Assembly: GCA_044892525.1 (NCBI GenBank) | Contig: CM097885.1 | Coordinates: 42,410,001-42,470,000 of the forward strand | DNA from: Schmidtea polychroa | Taxonomy: Eukaryota | Direction of reading: 5' to 3' | Length of the DNA stretch: 60,000 bases | In this document: positions 14,101 through 27,286 of the stretch, piece by piece | Layout of the letters: each line of letters begins with the position of its first letter | How positions within the stretch are numbered: the first letter of the stretch is position 1 | Notes under the pieces: model-generated | The model's database searches: none | What the model was told of the DNA's origin: nothing | Seen by the model: the letters and a program-made list of their open reading frames with translations, nothing else | Made by a program: the position numbers and the translations under genes

Positions 14101-14333
14101 GGAAATTCATGAAAATGATAGAAATTCATGAAAATGATAGAAATTTACTTGAATAAAACCATCAACTCTAAAAATTATCAATGCCTTAAACAACAAATTT
14201 GTCTAAATAATCATTCAAATAAAAGCATTAAATACCTTTACGACTAATACACTTACGACATGTTGAATGTGAGTAGTACCCTTGTGAGCAATACCCATAG
14301 GGGGACAGAATATTTTGTCGGATAAACTCAGAG
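11147..14333. mobile_element. ~3.2-kb nested TIR module inside the left arm
   Basis: Ends CTCTGAGTTTATCCGACA / TGTCGGATAAACTCAGAG, both flanked by TATATA; subterminal AAGGGTAC repeats; internal ~61-bp (12900-13200), ~178-bp (12120-12480) and ~20-bp (13965-14150) repeats. Confidence 0.7.
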
Positions 14334-14909
14334 TATATATTAATTAACTCATTCAAATTTATCATTGAATCAGTAAAATTATCATAAATTTCGATAAAAA
14401 TTCTAATGTGGTAAGCAATGTAAAGAGAAATATTCTTTAAACTTAGATAAAACTAACAATGAAGGTGGTAAGAATCATTAAAGTGAGAAAATTATTCATT
14501 ACTCGATGATAAATTCAAATGGATGAAAATAATTGGTAGAATAATTTATTAATGGGCATAGATAAGAAAAAAGGTTGATAAGAATGGAAATATATTAATT
14601 GAATTTATTTAAAATTATTTCATAAAATTCATAAAAAAAAAACTTTTAAAAGAAATATTTGTGGAGATGTTTTAGGTGAAAATTAATCAAAATCGGCGGA
14701 ATATAATTGATTAAATATCGAGGATGGGGGTTATAATTAATGGAAAATCAATGGGATACAAATGATTAAATAGTTGAAAATCCGGGAATATAGGGGATTA
14801 ATTAATGGAATATTGAGAATCGGAGGAATATCAATGAGAAGGATATATAATTTAAACTAGTTTATTACATAACAAGCCGCGACTAGTTTATTACATAACA
14901 AGCTGTGAA

Positions 14910-15983
14910 TGATAATTTATTGAGAATTATTATTATTGATTAGATCTTTTTTTTAATTTTTGACTAAAATAAATTCTAAAATAATAGCAAATTATTACTA
15001 AAATGTTTTAATTTGCATTAGGTATTTCAAAAACAATGATCATAAAAGATAATAATATATATATATATATATTACCCTTTTCATTCAAAATAAGGTAAAT
15101 ATTCAAATATAAGTCTTAGAAAATACAATCAAAATTAAATTTTAAAAATATAAATTTTATAAGTTTTTCAAATTCTCGAATAATGTAAATAAGAAATTAA
15201 TCTATTACCAGTTACATACTTTTAAACTTATTGATGGAATAAAACATTAGAAATAAAAAGTGTTTTTTTTGTATAAGTACTTGTAATAATAGCTATATAT
15301 TATTAAATTTACTATTCTACACCTAATATTTCGAAAACAAATATCATAATATGAATTATATTACTCCTTTCAATCAAAGTAAATTAAATGTATCATTCAA
15401 ATACAATTAAAATTAAATCATCAATTTAATACTTTAATTTAAAAATAAAAAATTTATATGTAAATGCGAATAAGAAATTGATTTATTAACAGTTCTAAAC
15501 TTTTTAAACTTATTGATTAGGCAGTAGAAAGTAACTTTTTTTTCAAAAAGTCCTTTAATATTGTATTCTATTTATTATCAAATTAACTATTTTACACTAA
15601 AATATTTCAATTTAGAAAAAAAAAATCATAATATTGAATGTGATACTTCAATCAAAATAAGTTAATACTCAAATATATGTCTTATAAAGTACAATGAAAA
15701 TTAAATACTTCACTAAATTTTAAGTAAAGTTTTTTAAATTCTCTGGTAAATGTTAACAAGATATTAATTTATTAATCATTATAGACTTTTTATACTTATT
15801 ATCGGAATTAAACAATAGAATGATATTCAAAATATGTACAATCTAAAAATAAAATTAAAATTAAATTACATACTTTAAAAATGTTGGTAAAATACCATTC
15901 ACAGCTTGATATTCAAAATATGTACAATTTAAAAATAAAATTAAAATTAAATTACATACTTTAAAAATGTTGGTAAAATACCG
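14910..15983. repeat. Central spacer of the giant palindrome; three diverged ~290-bp units plus an 86-bp tandem duplication (15821-15992)
   Basis: Arm symmetry stops at AGCTGTGAA (14909) and resumes at TTCACAGCT (15984); TGATATTCAAAATATGTACA begins at both 15821 and 15907. Confidence 0.8.
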
Positions 15984-16560
15984 TTCACAGCTTGTTATGT
16001 AATAAACTAGTCGCGGCTTGTTATGTAATAAACTAGTTTAAATTATATATCCTTCTCATTGATATTCCTCCGATTCTCAATATTCCATTAATTAATCCCC
16101 TATATTCCCGGATTTTCAACTATTTAATCATTTGTATCCCATTGATTTTCCATTAATTATAACCCCCATCCTCGATATTTAATCAATTATATTCCGCCGA
16201 TTTTGATTAATTTTCACCTAAAACATCTCCACAAATATTTCTTTTAAAAGTTTTTTTTTTTATGAATTTTATGAAATAATTTTAAATAAATTCAATTAAT
16301 ATATTTCCATTCTTATCAACCTTTTTTCTTATCTATGCCCATTAATAAATTATTCTACCAATTATTTTCATCCATTTGAATTTATCATCGAGTAATGAAT
16401 AATTTTCTCACTTTAATGATTCTTACCACCTTCATTGTTAGTTTTATCTAAGTTTAAAGAATATTTCTCTTTACATTGCTTACCACATTAGAATTTTTAT
16501 CGAAATTTATGATAATTTTACTGATTCAATGATAAATTTGAATGAGTTAATTAATATATA

Positions 16561-19500
16561 CTCTGAGTTTATCCGACAAAATATTCTGTCCCCCTATGGG
16601 TATTGCTCACAAGGGTACTACTCACATTCAACATGTCGTAAGTGTATTAGTCGTAAAGGTATTTAATGCTTTTATTTGAATGATTATTTAGACAAATTTG
16701 TTGTTTAAGGCATTGATAATTTTTAGAGTTGATGGTTTTATTCAAGTAAATTTCTATCATTTTCATGAATTTCCATCATTTTTTGTGAATTTCTAATATT
16801 TTCATGAATTTCCGTAATTTTTCGTGGATATCTATCATTTTCATGAATTTCTATTATTTTTGTGAATTTTTATCATTTTTGTGAATTTCCATTATTTTTG
16901 TGAATTTCTGTAATTTAATGCTAATTCTAAGGTAAATTTAATTAATTTCTTGATAATTGAATGTATTTTTATTGATTGGTTTTTTAATTTTAAATAAAAT
17001 TTATTTTCAATGTTAATAATTAGAGTTTTTACAATAATCAAGTGGATAAATTTTTATGAGGATATTGAATAATTTTCTAAGAATTTCATGTTGACTGATA
17101 AATTTAATTGATAAATTTAATTAATTTCTTGATAATTAGTTGTATTTTATTGAATAGTTTTTAAATAAAAATTAATTTCATTGACAATTAGGTTAATAAT
17201 TAAGTGATTTTTGATGACTTTGTAATGCATTTGAATAAATAATTTTTCAATAATTTTCTAAGAATATTTACACATTGATGAACTTAAAGAAACATAAGCT
17301 AAGAAACCAGTTAACTTTAAATTTACTTGAAAATGATTGTAGAATATACTGAAATTTAGTTTGCTGTTATTGCTTGAAAATGATTGGTTGAATCGATGAA
17401 GAATTATAATCAAACAATATATTTCATCTCCAGTATTTGATGGTAAATATTTGTAGAAAATATTGATTTTTGATCTTTTAGTGAACTCTTACTACATAGC
17501 TACTAAATTATTTCAATGGAAGAATATTTGGTGTCTGTAACAATTAAGTCATATTTTTGAAGTTCTCTAAGGATTTTAAGAGGATTGATATATATTAAAG
17601 GGCTCAAGTGGGTGGAATCTTTAAGGAAATTAAGGGATATAATCGGATAGATGTTTAAAAGGGTAGAAATATTTGCTGAGAGATCGGATAAGATGGGATA
17701 TTGTCGGTTAGATTTAATGAGAGATCGGATAAGGTGGGAATATATGATCTTTTAAGGGGTTATAGTTGGTAGGATTTAATGAGAGATCGGTTAAGATGGG
17801 AAAATATGATCTTTTGAGGGGATGTAGTCGGTTAAATTTAATGAAAGATCGGATAAGGTGGAAATATATCATTGTAAGGGAGATATAGTCGATTGAATTT
17901 AATTAAGGATGGGTTAAGATGGGAATATATCATTGTAAGGGAGATGTTGGTAAAATATCAATGTTTTAAGGGAAATGTCAATACATTAGTCAGTTATGAA
18001 TCAATAATAATTATATCGTTTTATTAGGTTGTGATTAATGCACAGTAAATTAATTTAGAACAATGTTTTATTAAGTAGGGATAATGATCGATTTACTTGG
18101 TTTTGACAATGAAATCTTTACAGATAATTGGGATTGATATCAACTTTAAATTATTTTTATCTTTATTTAGACGGACAACGACAAAAGTTGACCATTTGAA
18201 GAAAGTTATTTTATTGAATGGATAAATTTAATCTTTCAATGGGACCTAGTCAGTTATATTTATTTTAAATTTCGAGTACAGTGATTTACAAAAATTACAG
18301 TGATTAACAAAAATTTTATTATAACCGGTTTTATCATTAGATTTTATAAATTCTTTAGGGTTAATGACCAAATTATTTTACATGTTTTATAAGGAAATAT
18401 TCGTGATAATAGGAATTAAAGTTAGAATTATAGTCATTTAAAGGGATTTTAAGCAATCTTATTAGTCAGAGGTAAATATATAACCTTTTAAGGATATTTA
18501 TCGATAAAATACTAATCTTTAAAGATATAGTTATTTCAGGGAAATTTGATGCTTTTTAGATGATTTTAGTGAATTATTTGTAATAATATGGATTAAGGGT
18601 AGAAATATAGTCATTTAAGAGATTTTAAGGAATATTGTTAGTTTGAGGTGAATATATGATCTTTAACAAGTACTTATCGATAAGATACCAATCTTTAAAT
18701 ATTGATATATTTAAGGGAAATGATTCTTTTTAGATGATTTTATTGGAGAATTCACTTGGATATACCAATTATTATCATTTGAATGAATTTACTGGTTTGT
18801 TAGTTTTCTAGTCTCTTGGAATTTTATGATAATTATTTTTATTGTAGATTGATGACTTTGATAATTGTAATGAATTTATACTGATTTTTGAATATATTGA
18901 GCAATCAGTCAATCAATTTGAGTACATGTATTACTTTTAAAAAAAAATAATTAAAATTAATTTTATTTCAATTAATTTATTCAATCTAAATCAATTATCT
19001 ATTAGATCTTATCTTATTAATTTATTAACTTAGTTGATTCAACTTGAATGGTCAGTACTATTTTTTTTTTACTGGATGATTAATGAATAGAATTCTTTCT
19101 TGTCTATTAATTAAATTTTTATGATATTTATTTTGAATAAATTTAAATTTTTGCAATTATTTAATCAATTTTTACCAAGTTATTGATGTCTTGAGTTCAA
19201 TTAATTTTCCATCTAATTTTTCAAGTGATGAGTATTTTTCTTTTAAAGATCAATTTGTTAGTACATAGTTGTTGGTTGTAGGTAGTTGGTTGTAGGTAGT
19301 TGGTTGTAGGTAGTTGGTTGTTAGTACTTGGTACTTGGTAGTTGGTATCTGATTGACTTTTTAGATTTTGATAAGAAGATAGTGTATGTGATGAATAATA
19401 TTTTGTATTTAATTGCTATTATTTTTATGTGTGGTTAGTTGATTGTTGGTATCTAGTTGTTGGTATCTTGTATTTAATAGTTGGTAGAGTGTTGTTTACT

Positions 19501-19743
19501 GATTGTTGTTATATAATTGTAGGTTAATAATGCTTAGTACCTGGTTGATGGTGGTTGTAAGTACATGGTATCTAGTTGTTAGCTGGTTGTTAGTACTTAG
19601 TAGCTAGTTAATGGGTAGGTGGGGGGGTTGAGTGTTACCAATACCCTTACGACTAGTACCTTTACGACTAATACCCTTACTACCAGTACCCTTACGACCT
19701 GTACCCTTAGGGGGTCAAAACATCCTGTCGGATAAACTCAGAG
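16561..19743. mobile_element. Mirror copy of the 3.2-kb nested TIR module (right arm)
   Basis: Near-identical reverse complement of 11147-14333. Confidence 0.7.
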
Positions 19744-20182
19744 TATATATAATAAAACTGATCAACAATAAGTAATTATTGAATGTGATTTTACGATGCA
19801 ATAATAAGTTATCATTTAAAAGAAGATGTTTTTGTAAATTAGAATTCATTAGTATTTCATTGTAATTTAAATTATTTTGAATTTCACGTGGTGTTTTAAA
19901 GTGATTGAGTTGTGGTTTTTTGATGAAAGTCAACATGTTTGTTAAATTTAGACATTTTGAAAAGGTTTTCTATTGATTGTAATTAAACATATTTTTAAAG
20001 ACAGATAAAAAATTAATTTAAAAGCATTTCATAAAATACAATAAAGAATACTTAGTTGGTTGTTAGTAACTAGTTGTAGGTATCTGGTTGTTTGAGAGTT
20101 AGTTAGTACGTGGTATCATGTTCAAAGTATTTGTTAGCATCTAGTTAAAAATATTTAGTAACCGATTGTTGGGAACTGTTGA

Positions 20183-20252
<70 letters not shown>

Positions 20253-22879
20253 CATTAAAAAATTAACTTAAAAAATTATTTCATTAAAATTAACTTAAAA
20301 AATTTTACATTTAAAATTAACTTAAAAAAAATTTCCATTTAAATTTTCATTAAAAATTACATTTCTCAAAAAAGTTGGTGGTTATTCAATCTTTTGATAA
20401 TAAATTTAAAAATCTTACTTTAATTTACTTATTTAGCTTTAATTTAAAATTTGAACCATTGGTTACTTAATTTTAAATTTTGAACCTTAATTTTCCTTAA
20501 TTTATCCTTAATTTACCTAATTATTCTTTATTTCTTAATTTTACACCATAATTTACTAAACAACTAATTATAACCCTTATTTTCATATTTAACTAATAAT
20601 TTCATGTGGTCATTGATTAATTGACGAAGATTTGCATCTAAAATTAACATTGAAAATCCCAGAAAACTTTCATCTTAAATTGACTTTAACTTTAATATTT
20701 TAGACCATTGATTACTTAATTTTAAAATTAGACATTAATTTACTTATTTAACCAATAATTTCATGTGGTCATCTGGTTGTATGTACTAGGTATCTAGTTG
20801 TTATTACTTGGTTGATGATGCTTAGTACCTGGTTGTTGACGGCTGTGAGTAGTAGGTATCTGGTAACTAGTTGTTAGTATCTAGTTGTAGGTATCTCGTT
20901 GTTGGTGGTACTTGGTAGGTGGTAGCTAGTCGGTTGTAGGTACTTAGTAATTGGTAATTAATGATTAGTACCTGGTTGTTGTTGGTTGTTAGTACTTGGT
21001 ATCTAGTACCTAGTTGGTTGATAGTACTTAGTAACTAGTTAATGGGTAGGTGGTTGTAGGTACTTGGTAGGTGGTTAATAATGCTTAGTAACAGGTTGAT
21101 GTTGGTTGTATGTACTTGGTATCTAGTACCTAGTTGTTAGTATGTGGTTGTAGGTACTTGGTAGGTGGTAGTTAGTTGTTGTCGGTTGTTAGTACTTGGT
21201 ACCTAGTTGGTTGCTTGTTTTTGGTTTTTAGTACTTGTTAGATGGTTGTTGGTACTTAGTATCAGGTAACTAGTTGTTAGTAACTAGTTGTAGGTACTTG
21301 GTATCTGGTAATTGGTTGTAACTAGTTAATGGGTAGATGGCAGCTAGTTGGTAGGTGGTTGTAGCTAGTTAATAGGTAGGTGGTTGTAGGTACTTGGTAG
21401 GTGGTAGTTAGTTGTTAGCTGGTTGTTGTCGGTTGTTAGTACTTGGTACCTAGTTGGTTGCTTGTTTTTGGTTGTTAGTACTTGTTAGATGGTTGTAGGT
21501 ACTTAGTATCAGGTAACTAGTTGTTAGTAACTAGTTGTAGGTACTTGGTATCTGGTAATTGGTTGTAAGTATCTGGTTGTTTGAGAGTTATTTAGTACGT
21601 GGTATCATGTTGAAAGTATTTGGTAGCAGGTAACTGATTGTAAGTACTTGGTAGCAGGTTGTTAGTAACTAGTTGTAGGTATCTGATTGTTAATACATGT
21701 TCATAAGTTACTGGTTGTTGGTACTAAGTTGTTGGTTTGTTGTTGAATTATTATTAAAATTTGTCTTTGAAAAATATTTCATAGAAATTTTCATTAAAAA
21801 TTATCTTAAAAATTTCCATCTAAAATTATCATTGAAAAATATTTCATAAAAATTTCCATTAAAAATTAACTTAAAAAATTATTCCATAAAAATTTTCATT
21901 AAAAATTTCAATTCTCAAACACCTTCTATTATTTCAACTTTTTGTTAATAAATTTTAAAATCTTACTTTAATTTACTTATTACATTACTTATTTAAAAAT
22001 TATTACTTTAATTTACTTATTTAACTTTAATTTAAAATTTTTGACCATTGATTACTTAATTTTAAAATTTGGACCTTAATTAACTTTAATTTAATTTTTT
22101 AGAACCTTAATTTAGTTATTTGAGCCCATTCATTACTTTAATTTAAAAATTTGAACCATAATTTACTTTAATTAAAAAATTTGGACCATTATTTACTTTA
22201 ATTGAAAAATTTGAACCTTAATTTACTTTAATTTAATTTTTTAGAACCATAATTAACTGTAATTGAAAAATTTGGACCATTATTTACTGTAATTTAATTT
22301 TTAAGAACCATAATTTACTGTAATTTAATTTTTTAGAACCATAATTTACTGTAATTCAATTTTTAGAACCATTATTTACTGTAATTCAAAAATTTGGACC
22401 ATTATTTACTGTAATTCAAAAATTTGGACCATAATTTACTTTAATTGAAAAATTTGAACCTTAATTTACTTTAATTTAATTTTTTTAGAACCATAATTAA
22501 CTGTAATTGAAAAATTTGGACCATTATTTACTGTAATTTAATTTTTAAGAACCATTATTTACTGTAATTTAATTTTTTAGAACCATTATTTACTGTAATT
22601 CAAAAATTTGGACCATTATTTACTGTAATTCAAAAATTTGAACCTTAATTTACTTTAATTTAATTTTTTTAGAACCATAATTAACTGTAATTGAAAAATT
22701 TGGACCATTATTTACTGTAATTTAATTTTTAAGAACCATAATTTACTGTAATTCAATTTTTAGAACCATTATTTACTGTAATTCAAAAATTTGGACCATA
22801 ATTAAATGTAATTGAAAAATTTACTATAATTTAATTTTTAGACCCATTATTTACTTTATTTTAAAAATTTACCACGCTT

Positions 22880-25595
22880 TTTTAGTGTAGACCACCTTTT
22901 TCTATTGAAACTCTCAGGACCAAGGAGACCCGCATTAATTTACTCTGAAAATTCCATGCTTTTTTAGTGATAATCGGATTTTTGTATTGAAAATATCCTG
23001 AGACCTTAAATTACCATGCTTTTTTATTGAAGACCAGCTTTTTGTATTGAAAATATCCTGAGACCTAAAATTACCACTCTTTTTTATTGAAGACCGCCTT
23101 TTTCTATTGAAATTCTCAGGACCAAGGAGACCCACCTGAATTGACCTAGAAAATTCCATGCTTTTTAGTGGTAGTCGGATTTTTGTATTGAAAATATCCT
23201 GAGACCTTAAATTGCCACTCTTTTTTTAGTGTAGACCACCTTTTTCTATTGAAAATATCCTGAGACCTTAAATTACCATGCATTTTTATTGAAGACTGTT
23301 TTTTTGTATTGAAAATATCCTGAGACCTTAAATTACCATGCTTTTTTATTGAAGACCGCCTTTTTCTATTGAAATTCTCAGGACCAAGGAGTCCCACCTG
23401 AATTGACCTAGAAAATTCCATGCTTTATAGTGGTAGTCGGATTTTTGTATTGAAAAAATTTTATTTGTATTGAAAATCCCAGGACCATCGAGACTCCCTC
23501 GCTATAGTCTGAAAATTCCATGCTTTTTTATTGGTAGTTGGATTTTTGTATTGAAAAAAATTTTTTGTATTGAAAATCCCAGGACCATCTAGACCCCCTC
23601 ACTATAGTGTGAAAATTCCATGCTTTTTTAGTGGTAGTCGGATTTTTGTATTGAAAATATCCTGAGACCTTAAATTACCACGTTTTTTAGTGTAGACCAC
23701 CTATTTCTCAGGACCAAGGAGACCCACCTCACTATAGTCTGAAAAATTCTATGCTTTTTTATTGAAGACCGCCTTTTTCTATTGAAATTCTCAGGACCAA
23801 GGAGTCCCACCTGAATTGACCTAGAAAATTCCATGCTTTATAGTGGTAGTCGGATTTTTGTATTGAAAAAATTTTATTTGTATTGAAAATCCCAGGACCA
23901 TCGAGACTCCCTCGCTATAGTCTGAAAATTCCATGCTTTTTTATTGGTAGTTGGATTTTTGTATTGAAAAAAATTTTTTGTATTGAAAATCCCAGGACCA
24001 TCTAGACCCCCTCACTATAGTGTGAAAATTCCATGCTTTTTTAGTGGTAGTCGGATTTTTGTATTGAAAATATCCTGAGACCTTAAATTACCACGTTTTT
24101 TAGTGTAGACCACCTATTTCTCAGGACCAAGGAGACCCACCTCACTATAGTCTGAAAAATTCTATGCTTTTTTATTGAAGACCGCCTTTTTCTATTGAAA
24201 TTCTCAGGACCAAGGAGTCCCACCTGAATTGACCTAGAAAATTCCATGCTTTATAGTGGTAGTCGGATTTTTGTATTGAAAAAATTTTATTTGTATTGAA
24301 AATCCCAGGACCATCGAGACTCCCTCGCTATAGTCTGAAAATTCCATGCTTTTTTATTGGTAGTTGGATTTTTGTATTGAAAAAAATTTTTTGTATTGAA
24401 AATCCCAGGACCATCTAGACCCCCTCACTATAGTGTGAAAATTCCATGCTTTTTTAGTGGTAGTCGGATTTTTGTATTGAAAATATCCTGAGACCTTAAA
24501 TTACCACGTTTTTTAGTGTAGACCACCTATTTCTCAGGACCAAGGAGACCCACCTCACTATAGTCTGAAAAATTCTATGCTTTTTTATTGAAGACCGCCT
24601 TTTTCTATTGAAATTCTCAGGACCAAGGAGTCCCACCTGAATTGACCTAGAAAATTCCATGCTTTATAGTGGTAGTCGGATTTTTGTATTGAAAAAATTT
24701 TATTTGTATTGAAAATCCCAGGACCATCGAGACTCCCTCGCTATAGTCTGAAAATTCCATGCTTTTTTATTGGTAGTTGGATTTTTGTATTGAAAAAAAT
24801 TTTTTGTATTGAAAATCCCAGGACCATCTAGACCCCCTCACTATAGTGTGAAAATTCCATGCTTTTTTAGTGGTAGTCGGATTTTTGTATTGAAAATATC
24901 CTGAGACCTTAAATTACCACGTTTTTTAGTGTAGACCACCTATTTCTCAGGACCAAGGAGACCCACCTCACTATAGTCTGAAAAATTCTATGCTTTTTTA
25001 TTGAAGACCGCCTTTTTCTATTGAAATTCTCAGGACCAAGGAGTCCCACCTGAATTGACCTAGAAAATTCCATGCTTTATAGTGGTAGTCGGATTTTTGT
25101 ATTGAAAAAATTTTATTTGTATTGAAAATCCCAGGACCATCGAGACTCCCTCGCTATAGTCTGAAAATTCCATGCTTTTTTATTGGTAGTTGGATTTTTG
25201 TATTGAAAAAAATTTTTTGTATTGAAAATCCCAGGACCATCTAGACCCCCTCACTATAGTGTGAAAATTCCATGCTTTTTTAGTGGTAGTCGGATTTTTG
25301 TATTGAAAATATCCTGAGACCTTAAATTACCACGTTTTTTAGTGTAGACCACCTATTTCTCAGGACCAAGGAGACCCACCTCACTATAGTCTGAAAAATT
25401 CTATGCTTTTTTAGTGAGACCGCCTTTTTGTATTGAAAAAAATTTTTTGTATTGAAAATCCCAGGACCATCGTTTTTGTATTGAAAAAATTTTTTTTGTA
25501 TTGAAAATCCCAGGACCATCGTTTTTGTATAGAAAAAATTTTTTTGTATTGAAAATCCCAGGACCATCGAGACCCCCTCACTATAGTCTGAAAAA
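22880..25595 (-). repeat. Satellite array of the same family as 4925-8430, inverted, with five copies of a 413-bp higher-order repeat
   Basis: GAAGACCGCCTTTTTC occurs at 23351, 23764, 24177, 24590 and 25003. Confidence 0.95.
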
Positions 25596-25900
25596 TTGCG
25601 TAATCAAAAGTTGCAGCAAAAAAATTACGGCAGCAGAACCCCCCCCCCGGGGGGGGGGGGGGTCATTGCTGCGGGGAGCTACTATCTACCTACTTATATA
25701 TATATATATACTTATATATATATATAAGATTTCTGTTTATTTTTTTTATGAATTAATGTTTAATTATACAGTAAATCTTTTTAAAAATAAAATTATAATA
25801 CTTTTCTGTGAAATTTGAGTTTTATTTCTGACATAATTTCCTATAAAATGCGCTTAACAGAAAGTTGAATCGGGCGCCAGCACCGCTAGAGCCGGGTTTG

Positions 25901-26148
25901 TCAACAACATCTTCTTTTGTTATATGAGCTATGAAACTTGAATATTGCGACTTGATCAATTTGACTGCATTTGAGAATTTATATGGAATTTCATCTACCA
26001 AGAAATATATCTTATGGTTATGATACATTTGTACTGGTTTCACATCTTTCTTGACAGGCAACGTCTCAGCTATTTTCTTAATTGGGCATGTTTCTTTCAA
26101 TAAATTAGAAAATGATTTCTCATCAAAAACGTTCTTCTTGGATTGCAT
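25901..26148 (-). pseudogene. 5' half of the unknown ORF split by the hAT insertion (MQSKKNVFDEK...HITKEDVV)
   Basis: Frame continues into 1498-1340 once the element and one TSD copy are removed. Confidence 0.6.
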
Positions 26149-27286
26149 TTTGTCCTTTCATCTCTCTTTTATACTTTTGTGTAACCAATCAAATTAATGC
26201 ACTTGTATTGCAAAAAACATGCGTGTGTGAATCATTGACCCTTGTGTGACCTTTGTATGTGAGTTTGCAGATGTATTGCAGATGTATTGCGAATTAGTTA
26301 ATTAGTTAATTCATCATGGGTTTGCCAGCAGTGTCGTCACAATAGTTACGATCCAATGCCAATATTCAGCAGATGTCTCTTGTTGAGGTCTTGAAACAGT
26401 CTCGTGTCTTAGTAAACTGTGACAATATGGAACTGTGTTCGGCTGTCGTGGGAAAACAAGACAAGCAAAAGAAATGCCCGTATTGCGGAAAGAATGGCCA
26501 TCTAGAAGAACGTTGTTTCAAGAAACAAGGAAAAGGTGTTGGCTATGTACAGAAGGGTCACATTGCAAAGGAGTGTACCAGGAATTCAGAGTCGGGAAAC
26601 GCCAAAGGATTAGCGCGTGCGCCAGCGTCTACTCTAACACGAATATACTGGCGCTGCAGTTTATTTCAGTGATAATCAATGGGGAGTCCGTGAAAGCATT
26701 GATCGACTCGGGATGTTCCAAATCAGTTGTGTCAGCCAGAATTACGAAGAAACGATTTATACGGAATGGGAGTATTATGACTGCGCATGGATCACTAGTC
26801 AAGTGTATGCGTGATGTGAATTTTCAGCTGATTGTTGGTGGTAGTTTATTGAGTGTTCATTGTATTTCGTTGATGAAACTACCACTTAATGTTGAAATGA
26901 TTTTAGGAATGGACGTAATAGGGATGCTGGGAGGTCTTAAAATTGACAAGACCGGTGGTGAATTATGAGGTTAATTTGCGTCTGTGTGCGCGTTGTATTT
27001 GGAGAGGGTGTTTGTGTTTGTATGCGCACACAGACAGGATCAGTGTCAGTTTTTTGTTTATGTCTTTATCATTTATGTCTCGTGTCTGTGTGCGTTTTTC
27101 ACTTTTTTGGATTGATTTGTGTGCGCACACAGACGCGGACAATTGGAATTATTATTCGGTTTTTGTGAATTCGTATCGATTTTGGATTTCTGTTTTGCTG
27201 GAATTTTTATGTAATTTTGGAATTGATCGTTTTTGTTTAAAAGATTGGAATTTGCGAGAAGGTTTTGGAAAAAATAAATTTCGTTA

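Larger units (their letters stand above)
4754..25694. mobile_element. 20.9-kb giant palindromic (foldback) non-coding element with AGTAG...CTACT termini
   Basis: Left end AGTAGGTAGATAGTGGCT..CnGn; right end CnGn..AGCTACTATCTACCTACT; TATATA on both flanks. Arms 4754-14909 and 15984-25694 are inverted copies, e.g. the identical ORF at 10954-11175(+) and 19715-19936(-). Confidence 0.92.
1499..25900 (+). mobile_element. Decayed hAT DNA transposon (about 3.4 kb of its own sequence) carrying nested 91-bp and 20.9-kb insertions
   Basis: Left end CAGGCCCGGCTTTA; right end TAGAGCCGGGTTTG (imperfect TIR). 8-bp TSD GCAACAAC (1491-1498) / TCAACAAC (25901-25908). Transposase lies inside. Confidence 0.88.

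Noticed and set aside
4754..25694. The palindrome as a pure sequencing or assembly fold-back artefact
   Set aside because: Arms differ in higher-order repeats and a 250-bp indel, there is a 1-kb spacer, and the flanking hAT continues with a matching TSD. Read-level confirmation is still desirable.
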